DNA of 64,000 bases from an uncultured Fibrobacterota bacterium (GTDB taxonomy: Bacteria > Fibrobacterota > Chitinivibrionia > Chitinivibrionales > FEN-1185), in contig CAVSQB010000008.1 in NCBI GenBank assembly GCA_963729895.1, positions 32,001-96,000 of the forward strand, read 5' to 3'. Position 1 is the first letter of the stretch. Every line of letters begins with the position of its first letter. Below, one piece after another: positions 1 through 9,564 of this stretch. The notes beneath the pieces are model-generated. The model had not been told where the DNA came from and ran no database searches. It saw nothing but the letters and a program-made list of their open reading frames with translations. The position numbers were made by a program, and so were the translations under genes.

Positions 1-1
1 A

Positions 2-883
2 AAGACGCATTTGTTGCAGGCAATCGGGCATTTTGCCCAGACGGAGGGCACCGCAGACTTTGTGGTGTACATGACCAGCGAAGAATTCACAACGCAGTAT
101 ATCAATTATGTAGTGGAAAAAAAGGATTCCACCTCATTCTATAAGAAGTTCAACGACGTGGATCTGCTTCTCATAGACGACATACATTTCCTTGGGGGCA
201 AGCCGGGCACGCAAAAGGAATTTTACAGAATTTTCAACAGACTTCTCATGGAAAGAAAACAAATCATCTTGTCGTCAGACCGGTCGCCGGACAAGATTAC
301 CGACATGATGGAACACATAATCAACAGGTTCATGGGCGGCCTTATCACCGATATCCAGCCGCCCAACCTTGAAACCCGCATGGCGATTCTCCGCAAGAAA
401 GCGGAAACGGACGGTCTCTCTCTTCCCGGCGAGGTGATTCAATACATTGCGGGCCACATCACCTCCAATGTCCGCGAACTGGAAGGGACCCTCATCAAGC
501 TCATCGCTTCGTCTTCATTTACCGGGAAGGACATTTCCATAGACGTCGCCAAGGAAATCTGCGGAGATGTGATTTCGAGAAAAGACCAGCGCGTTTCCGT
601 TCTGTTTATTCTGCAGAAGGTGGCCGACGTGTTTGAGACGAGCCCCAACCAGCTTACGGCCCATACGCGCAAACGGGACGTTACCGTTCCGCGCTCCGTT
701 GCCATGTACCTTTGCAAGAAGTGGACCAAGCAGTCCCTTCGGACAATCGGACTCGAATTCGGCGGCCGCGACTATTCAACCGTCATTCATGCGTGCAGGA
801 AGACCGAGTCGGACATTCAAACGGATCCCGAGCTCAAACGCAAGATAGAATCGGTAGAAGAGATGATCCTTCCGCTGGTGTAA
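2..883 (+). CDS. dnaA: Chromosomal replication initiator DnaA (5'-truncated by window edge)
   Basis: Frame opens with KTHLLQAIGH (end of Walker A); LLLIDDI Walker B; SSDRSP; NVRELEG; domain IV signature RSVAMYL...IGLEFGGRDYSTVIHA. Confidence 0.95.
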   Translation, partial: KTHLLQAIGHFAQTEGTADFVVYMTSEEFTTQYINYVVEKKDSTSFYKKFNDVDLLLIDDIHFLGGKPGTQKEFYRIFNRLLMERKQIILSSDRSPDKITDMMEHIINRFMGGLITDIQPPNLETRMAILRKKAETDGLSLPGEVIQYIAGHITSNVRELEGTLIKLIASSSFTGKDISIDVAKEICGDVISRKDQRVSVLFILQKVADVFETSPNQLTAHTRKRDVTVPRSVAMYLCKKWTKQSLRTIGLEFGGRDYSTVIHACRKTESDIQTDPELKRKIESVEEMILPLV

Positions 884-896
884 ACCTGAGATTGTA

Positions 897-1125
897 GAAT
901 CTGGGCGCCCCGCTGTGACTAATCATGATGGAGCAGGGCGTTTCCCGGCCAAAGGCCGGGTCGGTTCTCCCTCCGGGCTCGGCCACAGGCCTCGGTGCCG
1001 TTGTTCAACTGAGTCGGGAGTTCCGCTCCCGACGCCCTGTCCAGGGGTGCTCAGCAGCGAGCACCCCTGGACCCTGCGCCGCGCCTGCAGTGGCGCGGAT
1101 CGCCGCGCACTCCGGGGGGCTGCGG
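897..1125 (-). repeat. Structured repeat end B, copy 1 (diverged, with extra hairpins)
   Basis: Minus strand contains GAGTGCGC..GCGCAGGG..GGCACCGAGGCCTGTGGCCGAGCCCGGA..GGGGCGCCCAGATT, shared with 11852, 26332 and 36051; boundaries approximate. Confidence 0.75.
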
Positions 1126-1251
1126 AACAATGGAAAGATATCGAAAAGTATTTTCCTCCGGAAAATACGGACTCGTCCTCGCCCTTTAAAACCTCCGTGC
1201 GCGACTGCGCCACTGATGGCGGAAGAAAAAGACAAGAATTCCGTGTGTCAA

Positions 1252-1402
1252 CTGCACAGCGACATTTCGTGGGTGCCCCACAGCCGAGGTTTGGATTCTT
1301 GCCCCGACTCCCACTTTGGGGTCACCCGGCACTGCTATCCAAAGGCATTTTATTATCGATTTGATAATCGATATTTCCGGCCCAGCCATCCAGATGCATT
1401 TG
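1252..1402 (-). repeat. Structured repeat end A, copy 1
   Basis: Minus strand reads AAATGCATCTGGATGGCTGGGCCGGAAATAT..AAAATGCCTTTGGATAGCAGTGCCGGGTGACCCCAAAGTG..AGAATCCAAACCTCGGCTGTGGGGCACCCACGAAATGTCGCTG, matching 11653-11787. Confidence 0.9.
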
Positions 1403-1419
1403 ACTTCTATCTTGAAATT

Positions 1420-1448
1420 GGATTCTCCCAAATAAACTCAGTTGGGGG
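1420..1448 (-). repeat. Internal fragment of repeat end A
   Basis: Minus strand CCCCCAACTGAGTTTATTTGGGAGAATCC versus CCCCCAAGTGAGTTTATTTGCGAGAATCC in copy 3 (26205-26233). Confidence 0.7.
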
Positions 1449-1575
1449 TTGGTCAAATCCAGTGTCGGCCGTTGCCTCTATAACTTATATTTAACCCGGT
1501 TGCGGCAGCTTCAGATCTGATGCCTAAACCGGTCCTCAATTTCATTCGTCTCACAAAAACAGGCTTATACCCCCC

Positions 1576-2196
1576 ATGAACGAAACCTTGAAACGCGCCA
1601 AAGAAATCCTTTTTGCGGAGGCGGATGCAATCAGAAACATCCCGCTCGACACTCATTTTTCCTCTGCGATAGGCATCCTGTACCGCTGCAAGAACAAGGT
1701 GGTAACCACGGGAATGGGAAAGGCCGGGGATATCGCGCAGAAAATCGCGGGAACGCTCTGCTCCACGGGCACTCCGGCATGCTTTCTGCACCCGGGCGAA
1801 GCCGCGCACGGCGATCTCGGCCTTCTGGACAAAGGAGACGTTATCCTCGCCTTTTCCACCAGCGGGAAGACCCGTGAGGTCATCGAAATGCTGGAGCGCG
1901 GGCGCGGCCTTGGCATTCATTCGATTATCGGCATTACGTCGCATCCCGATTCCACCATCCGCTCCTTGTGCAACGTGGTAATAAGCATGGGAGAAATCAC
2001 CGAACCGTGCGCACTGGGCCTCACGCCGACGGCAAGCACGGCCGTGATGCTTGCACTCGGCGACGCACTCGCGCTTGTCCTCATGGAAAAACGGAAATTC
2101 TCCAAGGAACAATTCGGCCTTCGCCATCACGGCGGCTACCTCGGCCAAAAGGCGCGCCAGCCCCACACCGGACCCGGCTCCGTTTCAATCCGCTAG
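1576..2196 (+). CDS. kdsD: KdsD/GutQ-type SIS-domain sugar-phosphate (arabinose-5-phosphate) isomerase without CBS domains
   Basis: TGMGKAG, LHPGEAAHGDLG, STSGKT, PTASTAVMLALGDALA, HHGGYLG motifs. Confidence 0.8.
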   Translation: MNETLKRAKEILFAEADAIRNIPLDTHFSSAIGILYRCKNKVVTTGMGKAGDIAQKIAGTLCSTGTPACFLHPGEAAHGDLGLLDKGDVILAFSTSGKTREVIEMLERGRGLGIHSIIGITSHPDSTIRSLCNVVISMGEITEPCALGLTPTASTAVMLALGDALALVLMEKRKFSKEQFGLRHHGGYLGQKARQPHTGPGSVSIR

Positions 2197-2210
2197 ACAG
2201 GCCCTCGTAC

Positions 2211-3845
2211 ATGAAAACATCGTGTGATTTTCTCATCGTGGGCAGCGGTATTGCAGGGCTCAGTTTCGCCATCCGAGCGGCCCGGGTCGGATCGGTCGTC
2301 ATGATAACCAAGAAGACCGACAGCGAGTCGAACACCAACTACGCGCAGGGCGGCATCGCCTGTGTTCTTGACCCAAAAGACAGCTTTGAAAGCCATGTGC
2401 GCGACACGCTTGTCGCCGGGGCCGGGCTGTGTAACCAGGAAGCGGTCCGCATTCTTGTGCGCGAAGCCCCGGAGCGGATCGAAGACCTTGTCGAATGGGG
2501 AACGCATTTTTCAACATCAAAGACTTCCAGGGCCCGGCACCATCTGGATCTCGGCCGCGAAGGGGGACATTCCGCCAACCGGATCGTACATATGCATGAT
2601 TTTACGGGAAGGGCGGTCGAAGAATCCCTGCTGAGGCAACTCCGCAACATGCGCAATGTTACCATGTACGAAAATCATTGCGGCGTTGAGCTGATCACAA
2701 ACCACTATATCCGCGGCAGCTCTTCCCGGGGCGGCAACCATTGTTACGGCATGTATGTGCTCGACACGGTGCAAAGGGCCATCTTTGCCGTGCAGGCAAA
2801 GATCACCTGCCTGTGCACCGGCGGGTGCGGCAGGGTCTATCTCCACACGACGAACCCGGAAATCGCCACCGGCGACGGCGTGGCAATGGCCTACCGGGCC
2901 GGCGCAACAATAGAGAACATGGAGTTCATCCAGTTCCACCCCACCACGCTGTATCACGAACACGGCAAGTCGTTTCTGATTTCCGAGGCCCTGCGGGGGT
3001 TTGGCGCGGTCCTCAAGGATTCGCGCGGCGCGGAGTTCATGAACCGGTATCACCCCATGAAGTCGCTTGCGCCGCGCGACATCGTCGCCCGCGCCATCGA
3101 CAACGAATTAAAGAAGTCCGGCGACAGCTGCGTCTATCTTGACGTACGGCATATTCCGGCCGCACAGACGCGGCGGCACTTCCCCCACATTTACGGCCGC
3201 TGCAAGGAATACGGCATCGACATCACCCGGGATCTCATTCCGGTGGTGCCGGCGGCGCATTACCTGTGCGGCGGCATCAAGGTGGATACAAACGGGCACA
3301 GCACGATCTCAAACCTGTACGCGTGCGGCGAGGTCGCCTGTACCGGCATCCACGGCGCCAACCGGCTCGCGTCGAATTCTCTCCTCGAAGCGCTCGTCTT
3401 TTCGCGGCGGGCCGCCGACGAGGCCGTCGGCCGGCTGCCGTCCATTTCCCGTGCGGCCCCGGGCCGCATCCCTCCATGGGACGACAGCGGTACCATTGAC
3501 AACGAAGAATGGGTCCTTCTGTCGCACAATATTACCGAAGTCCAGAGCGTGATGTGGGATTACGTGGGCATCGTTCGGTCGAACCTGCGCCTGGCCCGGG
3601 CCATGCGGCGCATTGCATTTCTCGAAAAAGAGACCGAGAATTTCTACAAACGCACAAAGATAACACCGCGGCTCCTCGAATTGCGTAATATCGTGACGTC
3701 CGCTACGCTGGTGGTGGCCTCCGCCGTCAAACGCCACGAGAGCAGGGGCCTGCATTACACCACCGACTATCCGGACCAAAACGACCGCTATTGGAGGAAG
3801 AACACCTCTCTTGTCAAACATCCGTCCGCGCCCCGTGTGAGATAG
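2211..3845 (+). CDS. nadB: L-aspartate oxidase
   Basis: IVGSGIAG FAD motif, SNTNYAQGGIA, REGGHS, EFIQFHPT, LAPRDIVAR, HGANRLASNSLLE, RHESRGLH; ATG at 2211 chosen. Confidence 0.93.
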   Translation: MKTSCDFLIVGSGIAGLSFAIRAARVGSVVMITKKTDSESNTNYAQGGIACVLDPKDSFESHVRDTLVAGAGLCNQEAVRILVREAPERIEDLVEWGTHFSTSKTSRARHHLDLGREGGHSANRIVHMHDFTGRAVEESLLRQLRNMRNVTMYENHCGVELITNHYIRGSSSRGGNHCYGMYVLDTVQRAIFAVQAKITCLCTGGCGRVYLHTTNPEIATGDGVAMAYRAGATIENMEFIQFHPTTLYHEHGKSFLISEALRGFGAVLKDSRGAEFMNRYHPMKSLAPRDIVARAIDNELKKSGDSCVYLDVRHIPAAQTRRHFPHIYGRCKEYGIDITRDLIPVVPAAHYLCGGIKVDTNGHSTISNLYACGEVACTGIHGANRLASNSLLEALVFSRRAADEAVGRLPSISRAAPGRIPPWDDSGTIDNEEWVLLSHNITEVQSVMWDYVGIVRSNLRLARAMRRIAFLEKETENFYKRTKITPRLLELRNIVTSATLVVASAVKRHESRGLHYTTDYPDQNDRYWRKNTSLVKHPSAPRVR

Positions 3846-3856
3846 CCGGGCACGGT

Positions 3857-5857
3857 ATGGCTATCACCATTTGTCTGCTGTTGCTTTTTGCGGGCGGCTT
3901 CTCCCTGGCGGCGCGCTTCTATCTTACCCGGAGAAAAAGCGTCCCCGCGATCCCGATTCTCGGGCTGAGGGCCGCGCTCCTTGCCGCGCTGCTTCTGGCG
4001 TTCTTCGAGCCGATGCTCTCGTTTGAACGGCTCCAGACAAAGCCGGGAATTGTTCCGGTGCTCATCGATGCCTCCATGAGCATGCGGCTCTTCGATCCAG
4101 ACTCGTCGGTGCTGCCTTTTTTGGCCTGTCTCGATTCCCTCGCGCATGCGTCGCCGTCTCCCCTGCGATTCCGGTACTATTGCTTTGGAGATTCCTTTCG
4201 CGAATGTCCGCCAAAGGCCGCCCTCACGTTCTCCGATTTGAAAAGCCTGCTGCCCGCGTCTTTCAAGGACCGGGTCGTCCGGGAAGCCCCGTTCGTCCTT
4301 ATCGTATCCGACGGCAATTTTTCGAACCCGTCGTTTTCCAGGGGCATGCTCCAGGAAAAAGCGTGCTACTATCTTGCGCTGCCGCACGTTTCGCCCCGGC
4401 CCTATGTGCACTCCGAAGTGCTGGGCGTCCGCGAGAGCGTTCCCCTCGATTCGCCGTCCACCGTTCTGGTGCGGCTCCATGGGTTCGCCTCGGGAACCTG
4501 CCCGATTGTCTTGCTATGCAGGAGCGATAAATCGCCGGTGTCGCAACGCAGCATCACGGCCGATTCCGGCTATTTTTCGGACACCGCACTGGTGCGCCTG
4601 CCTACAGGCCGCCAGGGAAGGTTTGTGTATTCGGTGTCGGTCGTAAATGCCCGGGACACGCTGCGTTCGGTGTCGTATTTCTCCCAGGCCGTGGTGCCGC
4701 AGCAGTTTACGGCAAAGATTCTCTCCGCATCGCCGCACCTGGACCGCAGGTTTCTTGCACAGGCGCTCGGCGGCGATCGGCAGTGGCGCATCGCGCCGCA
4801 AGACGCCCGGCGCTGCGATGCGTTGTTCCTCATCGACTATACTGCAAGCGCGGCCGGCCCGCTTGGTTTACCGGATTCAAAAGGGGTTGTGGTTTTTCTC
4901 GGGGCTCTCCCTTGTTCAAGCCGCGTTGAATTGGCTCCCGCCGTTTTTTCGCTTGCTGCAAAGGACCCCTTCGACACGCTCTTCGCCAGGTTCAACACCG
5001 CAGACGTCGCTCCCCCGTCAATCGTCCAGGTGTGCCGGCCGTCGTTTCTCAGGGACAGCCGGACAATTCTTTTCGGCCTTGTCCGAGAACAAGGAAAAGC
5101 AGCGGACAAAGCGTCCGATTCAATTCCGTTTCTCACGATGGGGACGTTTGCGGGCCGCACGGCCGTTGCCGTGGCGGGCAGCGAGCTTTGGCGCATGGAT
5201 TTCCTTCCGCTTTCGGTGGCCGGAGAGAGCGAAACGCCGTCGTTCATGCGCTCGATGGTGGTGTTTGTGAGGCAACTGCTCCTCGCCGACCTGCGTGAAA
5301 ACCTGGTCGCCTATCCCCTGGAACCGGAATTGTCTGAACGCGACTCGATTCCATTCTCCGTTCTGGCGCCCGCACCGTACGATGCCCAAGACGCGACTGC
5401 GGAGAACTACGGAGCGCACAACGGCTTTGCGGTCCGGTTTGTGATAGATTCCTCGGGCAAAAAATTGCTCGATTCCGTGTACACGGTCCCGGGCTTAAAT
5501 CAGCAGAACATGGCAGGCATCCGGCTCCATCCCTTTCCTGCCGGTGCGTACCGCTACACGTGCAGCACGACATTGGGACGCGAAAAGCTTTCCTTTTCCG
5601 ATTCGTTGTACGTCGGCAAAAGCACTCCGGAACTGTCGGTACAGGCGCAAAACACGCTGCTTCTCAGCGAATTCGCCCTCCCTCTCAAGGCGGGAAACGC
5701 ATCGGCCGTGCGCGCGGCATACTCCGCCGGCTCATCCGGGAAACGGGCAACGGTCACGAACCATGTCCACATCAGACAAACATGGCTTCTTCTCGCGGCG
5801 ATAGCAGGGTTTCTTACTCTGGAATGGGTCATTCGCAGGAACAAGGGCATGGACTGA
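3857..5857 (+). CDS. Membrane-anchored protein with vWA-like domain
   Basis: Two N-terminal TM segments, MIDAS-like LIDASMSM and VLIVSDG, C-terminal TM ending LEWVIRR. Confidence 0.6.
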   Translation: MAITICLLLLFAGGFSLAARFYLTRRKSVPAIPILGLRAALLAALLLAFFEPMLSFERLQTKPGIVPVLIDASMSMRLFDPDSSVLPFLACLDSLAHASPSPLRFRYYCFGDSFRECPPKAALTFSDLKSLLPASFKDRVVREAPFVLIVSDGNFSNPSFSRGMLQEKACYYLALPHVSPRPYVHSEVLGVRESVPLDSPSTVLVRLHGFASGTCPIVLLCRSDKSPVSQRSITADSGYFSDTALVRLPTGRQGRFVYSVSVVNARDTLRSVSYFSQAVVPQQFTAKILSASPHLDRRFLAQALGGDRQWRIAPQDARRCDALFLIDYTASAAGPLGLPDSKGVVVFLGALPCSSRVELAPAVFSLAAKDPFDTLFARFNTADVAPPSIVQVCRPSFLRDSRTILFGLVREQGKAADKASDSIPFLTMGTFAGRTAVAVAGSELWRMDFLPLSVAGESETPSFMRSMVVFVRQLLLADLRENLVAYPLEPELSERDSIPFSVLAPAPYDAQDATAENYGAHNGFAVRFVIDSSGKKLLDSVYTVPGLNQQNMAGIRLHPFPAGAYRYTCSTTLGREKLSFSDSLYVGKSTPELSVQAQNTLLLSEFALPLKAGNASAVRAAYSAGSSGKRATVTNHVHIRQTWLLLAAIAGFLTLEWVIRRNKGMD

Positions 5858-5942
5858 CAGGCTTGTGCTTGCTATTAACCGGAGAAAAACGTATTTTTAA
5901 TTGTCTAACGACATTTACCAGATGAAAGCAGGTGATTCATCC

Positions 5943-6161
5943 ATGAACGGTATCATTCTCAAAGAAGATGAGCCTTTCGAAAAAGCGCTCCGGAGATTTA
6001 CAAAGACGTGCGAGCGGGCAGGCATTCTTTCAGACATCAAAAAATATCGCCACTACGAGAAGCCCAGCGAAGAAAGAAAAAGGAAGATGAACGCTTCCCG
6101 CCGGAAGAAAGTCCGCGACGAAAAGCGGTTTACCTTCAAGGCGCCGCGTTACTTCAACTGA
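5943..6161 (+). CDS. rpsU: 30S ribosomal protein S21
   Basis: EPFEKALRRF..AGILSDIKK..YEKPSEERKRK. Confidence 0.92.
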   Translation: MNGIILKEDEPFEKALRRFTKTCERAGILSDIKKYRHYEKPSEERKRKMNASRRKKVRDEKRFTFKAPRYFN

Positions 6162-6189
6162 CGCCCGCGCCCCGGGTCCGGTCCGCGTA

Positions 6190-6750
6190 TCACCGTATCC
6201 TTCCGGGAACGGTGATTTTTTTTTCACGCATGCCTTCCAGGATCTTGCAGCCGATCACCGCGCACGACGTCGCAACGTTGAGCGAGTTCTTAAAGCCGTA
6301 CACCGGGATCTCCACCAGGTCATCGCACATATCAAGAACATCCCTTCCCACGCCCAGCGCCTCGTTTCCGAAGACGACTCCCAGGCTCGGCGGATAGCTC
6401 ACCGCATCGTAGGGCCTGGATTTTGAAGTTGTCTCGGCCGCCCAGACCGGAATGTTTTGTTCCTTGAGAAACCGCACGGCTTCCGCGGCCGTTTCGAACT
6501 TTTTCCACGGTACGTAGTCGACGGTGCCCAGCGACGTCTTGGCAAGCTTGCTGTGGGGTGGGAAAGCGGTGTAGCCGCACAAGAAAAGACCCGACACCCG
6601 CATCACGTCGCACAGCCTGAATATGGCCCCCACGTTGAAGGCGCTTCTCAGACTGTCAAGAATAACGTACAAAGGGTTCTTGGGAAGACGACGGTACTCT
6701 TCCAGCGGAATTTTTGCGTCAAGGCTGCGGACCTCGTAATTGGTCTCCAT
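6190..6750 (-). CDS. SpoU/TrmH-family RNA 2'-O-methyltransferase
   Basis: LDSLRSAFNVGAIFR, VFGNEALGV, EIPVYGFKNSLNVA SPOUT motifs; AAAGGAG RBS before ATG 6750. Confidence 0.88.
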   Translation of the reverse strand: METNYEVRSLDAKIPLEEYRRLPKNPLYVILDSLRSAFNVGAIFRLCDVMRVSGLFLCGYTAFPPHSKLAKTSLGTVDYVPWKKFETAAEAVRFLKEQNIPVWAAETTSKSRPYDAVSYPPSLGVVFGNEALGVGRDVLDMCDDLVEIPVYGFKNSLNVATSCAVIGCKILEGMREKKITVPGRIR

Positions 6751-6770
6751 GTCTCCTTTGGTAACCCGCA

Positions 6771-8069
6771 TCAGGCGCGCCCGCTCCTTCCCGCTTTGTG
6801 TGCGACAACAAACAGGATTCCGCCGGCCCCAAAGAGAACGGCAATCGAGGCGAATCCGGACCGTGACGCCGCATGCGCGCCCGCGCCGAACGTCCGGGAC
6901 AAAAGAGTCACCAGCCCCACCATAGCCGGCCCCACGATAACGGCGAATTTCCCCGTAAGGTTGTAGAAGCCGAAGTACTCTGCGGATTTCTCACCGGGAA
7001 TGAGGCGGGTAAAGTGGGACCGGCTCAGCGCGAGCAATCCGCCCAGCGGGACGGCCGAGACGACGGCAAAGAACATGAAGTGCGCCCCGCTGTTGACAAA
7101 CAGCGATCCGCAGAGAATCACGGCGATGTACATGACGATCCCGACGAGGATGGTTGCGTATGAACCGAACCGCTGCGCCGCAAGCCCGAACAGCAGCGAG
7201 GACGGAACGGCAACCAGCTGCACAACAAACAGAGCCCGCAGCAGGTCGGGCGTCGACAGCCCGATCGACAGGCCGAAATCGGCTGCCATGCGTATGACGG
7301 TGCTCACGCCGTCGATATACAGCCAGAAAGCAAGAAGGAACAACCACACGGCCGGGGCCGACCGGATTTCACGGATGGTTGCGCGAAGCTGTTTCACGGC
7401 GTTTTGGAAAATTTCCCCCGACCACGATCCGCCTTCGCTCTTGTCCCGGTCGGCGACGTACAGAAACAAAGGGATGGAAAACGCGAACCACCAGACAGCC
7501 ACGGAAACAAACGACGCCCGCACTCCCTGCACGCCGGAAGCAAGGTGAAACAGCGCGGGTTTTGATGCCATAAAGCTGTTTACCATAAAGAGAGCCGCGC
7601 TTCCAAGATACCCGGCGGCGTAACCGGCCGACGATACAAAGTCCATCCGGTTCCTGGCGGCAACGCACGCCAGCAGCGAATCGTAAAAAAGGTTTGCGCA
7701 GGAAAACCCGATGCTTGCCAGTGCAAAGACCCCGAGCGCGCCGGCCCATGCGCCATGAGGAATCGCGGCAAGCAGGCCCGAAGCTGTCGCTCCCGATGCC
7801 ATGAACAAGAACAGAATCTGCTTCCGTTTCCTGCCCGCATCGGCCAGGGCGCCCAGCCAGGGCGACAACAGGGCGATGCACAGCGCGGCGCAAGTGTTGC
7901 CCATGCCGAGACGAAACGTGCTCACCGACGAATCAACGCCCGTGCACCAGAACTGCTTGAAGAAGAGAGGGAAGAACGCGGTCATCACGGTGAGTGCAAA
8001 CGCGGAATTTGCAACGTCGTAGAGACACCAGGAGATGACGGCTTTACGGTTGGAAGGCGGCCCGCTCAC
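6771..8069 (-). CDS. MFS transporter (UMF1/YxiO-like)
   Basis: WCLYDVANSAF, ANLFYDSLL, GYAAGYLG, LYIDGVSTVI, AEYFGFYNLTGKF; about 12 hydrophobic segments; GTG start overlaps the upstream TGA. Confidence 0.85.
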   Translation of the reverse strand: MSGPPSNRKAVISWCLYDVANSAFALTVMTAFFPLFFKQFWCTGVDSSVSTFRLGMGNTCAALCIALLSPWLGALADAGRKRKQILFLFMASGATASGLLAAIPHGAWAGALGVFALASIGFSCANLFYDSLLACVAARNRMDFVSSAGYAAGYLGSAALFMVNSFMASKPALFHLASGVQGVRASFVSVAVWWFAFSIPLFLYVADRDKSEGGSWSGEIFQNAVKQLRATIREIRSAPAVWLFLLAFWLYIDGVSTVIRMAADFGLSIGLSTPDLLRALFVVQLVAVPSSLLFGLAAQRFGSYATILVGIVMYIAVILCGSLFVNSGAHFMFFAVVSAVPLGGLLALSRSHFTRLIPGEKSAEYFGFYNLTGKFAVIVGPAMVGLVTLLSRTFGAGAHAASRSGFASIAVLFGAGGILFVVAHKAGRSGRA

Positions 8070-9337
8070 GTCTTCTTCTCTTTCTTTTCGGCGGCGGGAA
8101 ACAGAACGTTGTTGAGAATGAGCCTGTATCCGGGCGATGTCTTGTGGAGCCGCAGGTCGGTGGGCGGGTCGCCCACCGCATGCTGGTAGGCTTCCGGGTC
8201 GTGGCCGCCGTAGAATGCGAACTGGCCTTTCCCCAGGGTGCCGTGGAGATAATTGACAAAGCCGGTGCCGGGCACGCTTCCCAGGACCACAATGCTTTTC
8301 TTTATTACGTTCCGGTTGAACGAGGTGCACAATCCGTAAAACCCTTTGATGGTCTGCCGGTGGTCCTGCACGAGCATGGAAGGGACCGGATCGAGTTTTG
8401 CGCTGAAATCAAACAGGGTGAAGTCCATGGCAGGGAGCCGCATAGGCGTGTTCACCAGGTTCGCGTCGATATTGTCAAAATAGGACTCCAGCGGGTTTGT
8501 CTGGATCCTGAAGTTCTCAAAGGCAAGGCAATTTGCGTAGTTTAGTTTTGCGGCATAGTTCGGGTCAATACCGTCGCCGTCGAACACGGCATCAACGATG
8601 TCGGTGCCGAGCGCGGCGAGCGCTATGTCGAGCGTGTTGGTGGCGCAGCACATGGCAAACAGGAACCCGCCCTTTTCCACGTAATTTCGGATGGAAAGCG
8701 CCACGGCCTTTTTGCATTCGCTCACTTTCTTGAACCCGAGCTCGCGCGCAAGATTCTCCTGTTCCATCTTTTCCTTCTGATACCACGGCTCGGTGTGAAA
8801 CGACGCGTAAAACTTGCTGTACTGCCCGGTAAAGTCCTCATGGTGCAGGTGGAGCCAGTCGTATTCCGCAAGCTTGCCCGCCAGCACTTCTTTGTCGTAC
8901 ACCTTGTCGAACGGGATGTCCGCGTATTCAAGCGCGAGTACCACCGCGTCGTCCCAGGGCAGCGAAAAGGGCGACTTGTACACGGCGATGCGGGGCGCTT
9001 TTTCCAGCGTCACCTTCTCCATGTTGCCGTTCTCAATAACGTCAAGGATGCCCGCCCACTCCTCGGTGGAAATATGCTGGATTTCAACACCCGCCAACCG
9101 CGCCTTGAGCTCGAATTCACGCGAATCGTCGGTTGCAAACGAACCGCATTTGTAATTGAGCAGCCAGTACACCTTGGCGCCGGCCTTGAGCATGGTAAAA
9201 GTGAGTCCATAGGCCTTGAGGTGGTCGGTCTGGGAATCATCCATGGGAATCAGAAGCATGGAATGCGAATAGAACGCAAGAAGAAGAACAATGAGGAAGG
9301 ATATCATTCCCTTCCTGAATGTGTGAATACGTTTCAT
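8066..9337 (-). CDS. Conserved exported protein with class I glutamine-amidotransferase-like fold (family often mislabelled asparagine synthetase B)
   Basis: Signal peptide; LIPMD..QTDHLKAYG, PWDDAV, YDWLHLHHEDFTGQYSKF, GGFLFAMC, GGHDPE, SPGYRLILNNVLFP; start uncertain. Confidence 0.7.
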   Translation of the reverse strand: MKRIHTFRKGMISFLIVLLLAFYSHSMLLIPMDDSQTDHLKAYGLTFTMLKAGAKVYWLLNYKCGSFATDDSREFELKARLAGVEIQHISTEEWAGILDVIENGNMEKVTLEKAPRIAVYKSPFSLPWDDAVVLALEYADIPFDKVYDKEVLAGKLAEYDWLHLHHEDFTGQYSKFYASFHTEPWYQKEKMEQENLARELGFKKVSECKKAVALSIRNYVEKGGFLFAMCCATNTLDIALAALGTDIVDAVFDGDGIDPNYAAKLNYANCLAFENFRIQTNPLESYFDNIDANLVNTPMRLPAMDFTLFDFSAKLDPVPSMLVQDHRQTIKGFYGLCTSFNRNVIKKSIVVLGSVPGTGFVNYLHGTLGKGQFAFYGGHDPEAYQHAVGDPPTDLRLHKTSPGYRLILNNVLFPAAEKKEKKT

Positions 9338-9564
9338 GTGGCTACGAATAGGTGCAGATGACACGGCACGGATTTCAGTTTTTGGAGTATTGCAAAAGAT
9401 CATTTAACAAATAACAACCAACAAGCCTTAACAAAAATACTATTTAACGAGACGGATGGATTGAAGTGATTGAAATGGCTCAGCACGCATTGAAGAACCC
9501 CGCCCCAAGTAGCGGGGATTCTTCCTTGCCCTAGGAAAAAAATATTTGTAATTCGCCCGCTAAC

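Noticed and set aside
915..1494. ORFs 915-1364, 925-1494 and similar ORFs over the other repeat copies
   Set aside because: They are translations of GC-rich repeats with no protein motifs.
884..1575. oriC downstream of dnaA
   Set aside because: I found no TTATCCACA-type box cluster and dnaN does not follow; the region is explained by the A/B repeats.
9492..9522. Hairpin AAGAACCCCGC..GCGGGGATTCTT as an IS end
   Set aside because: It lies outside the IS1182 inverted repeats and cannot be assigned from one copy.
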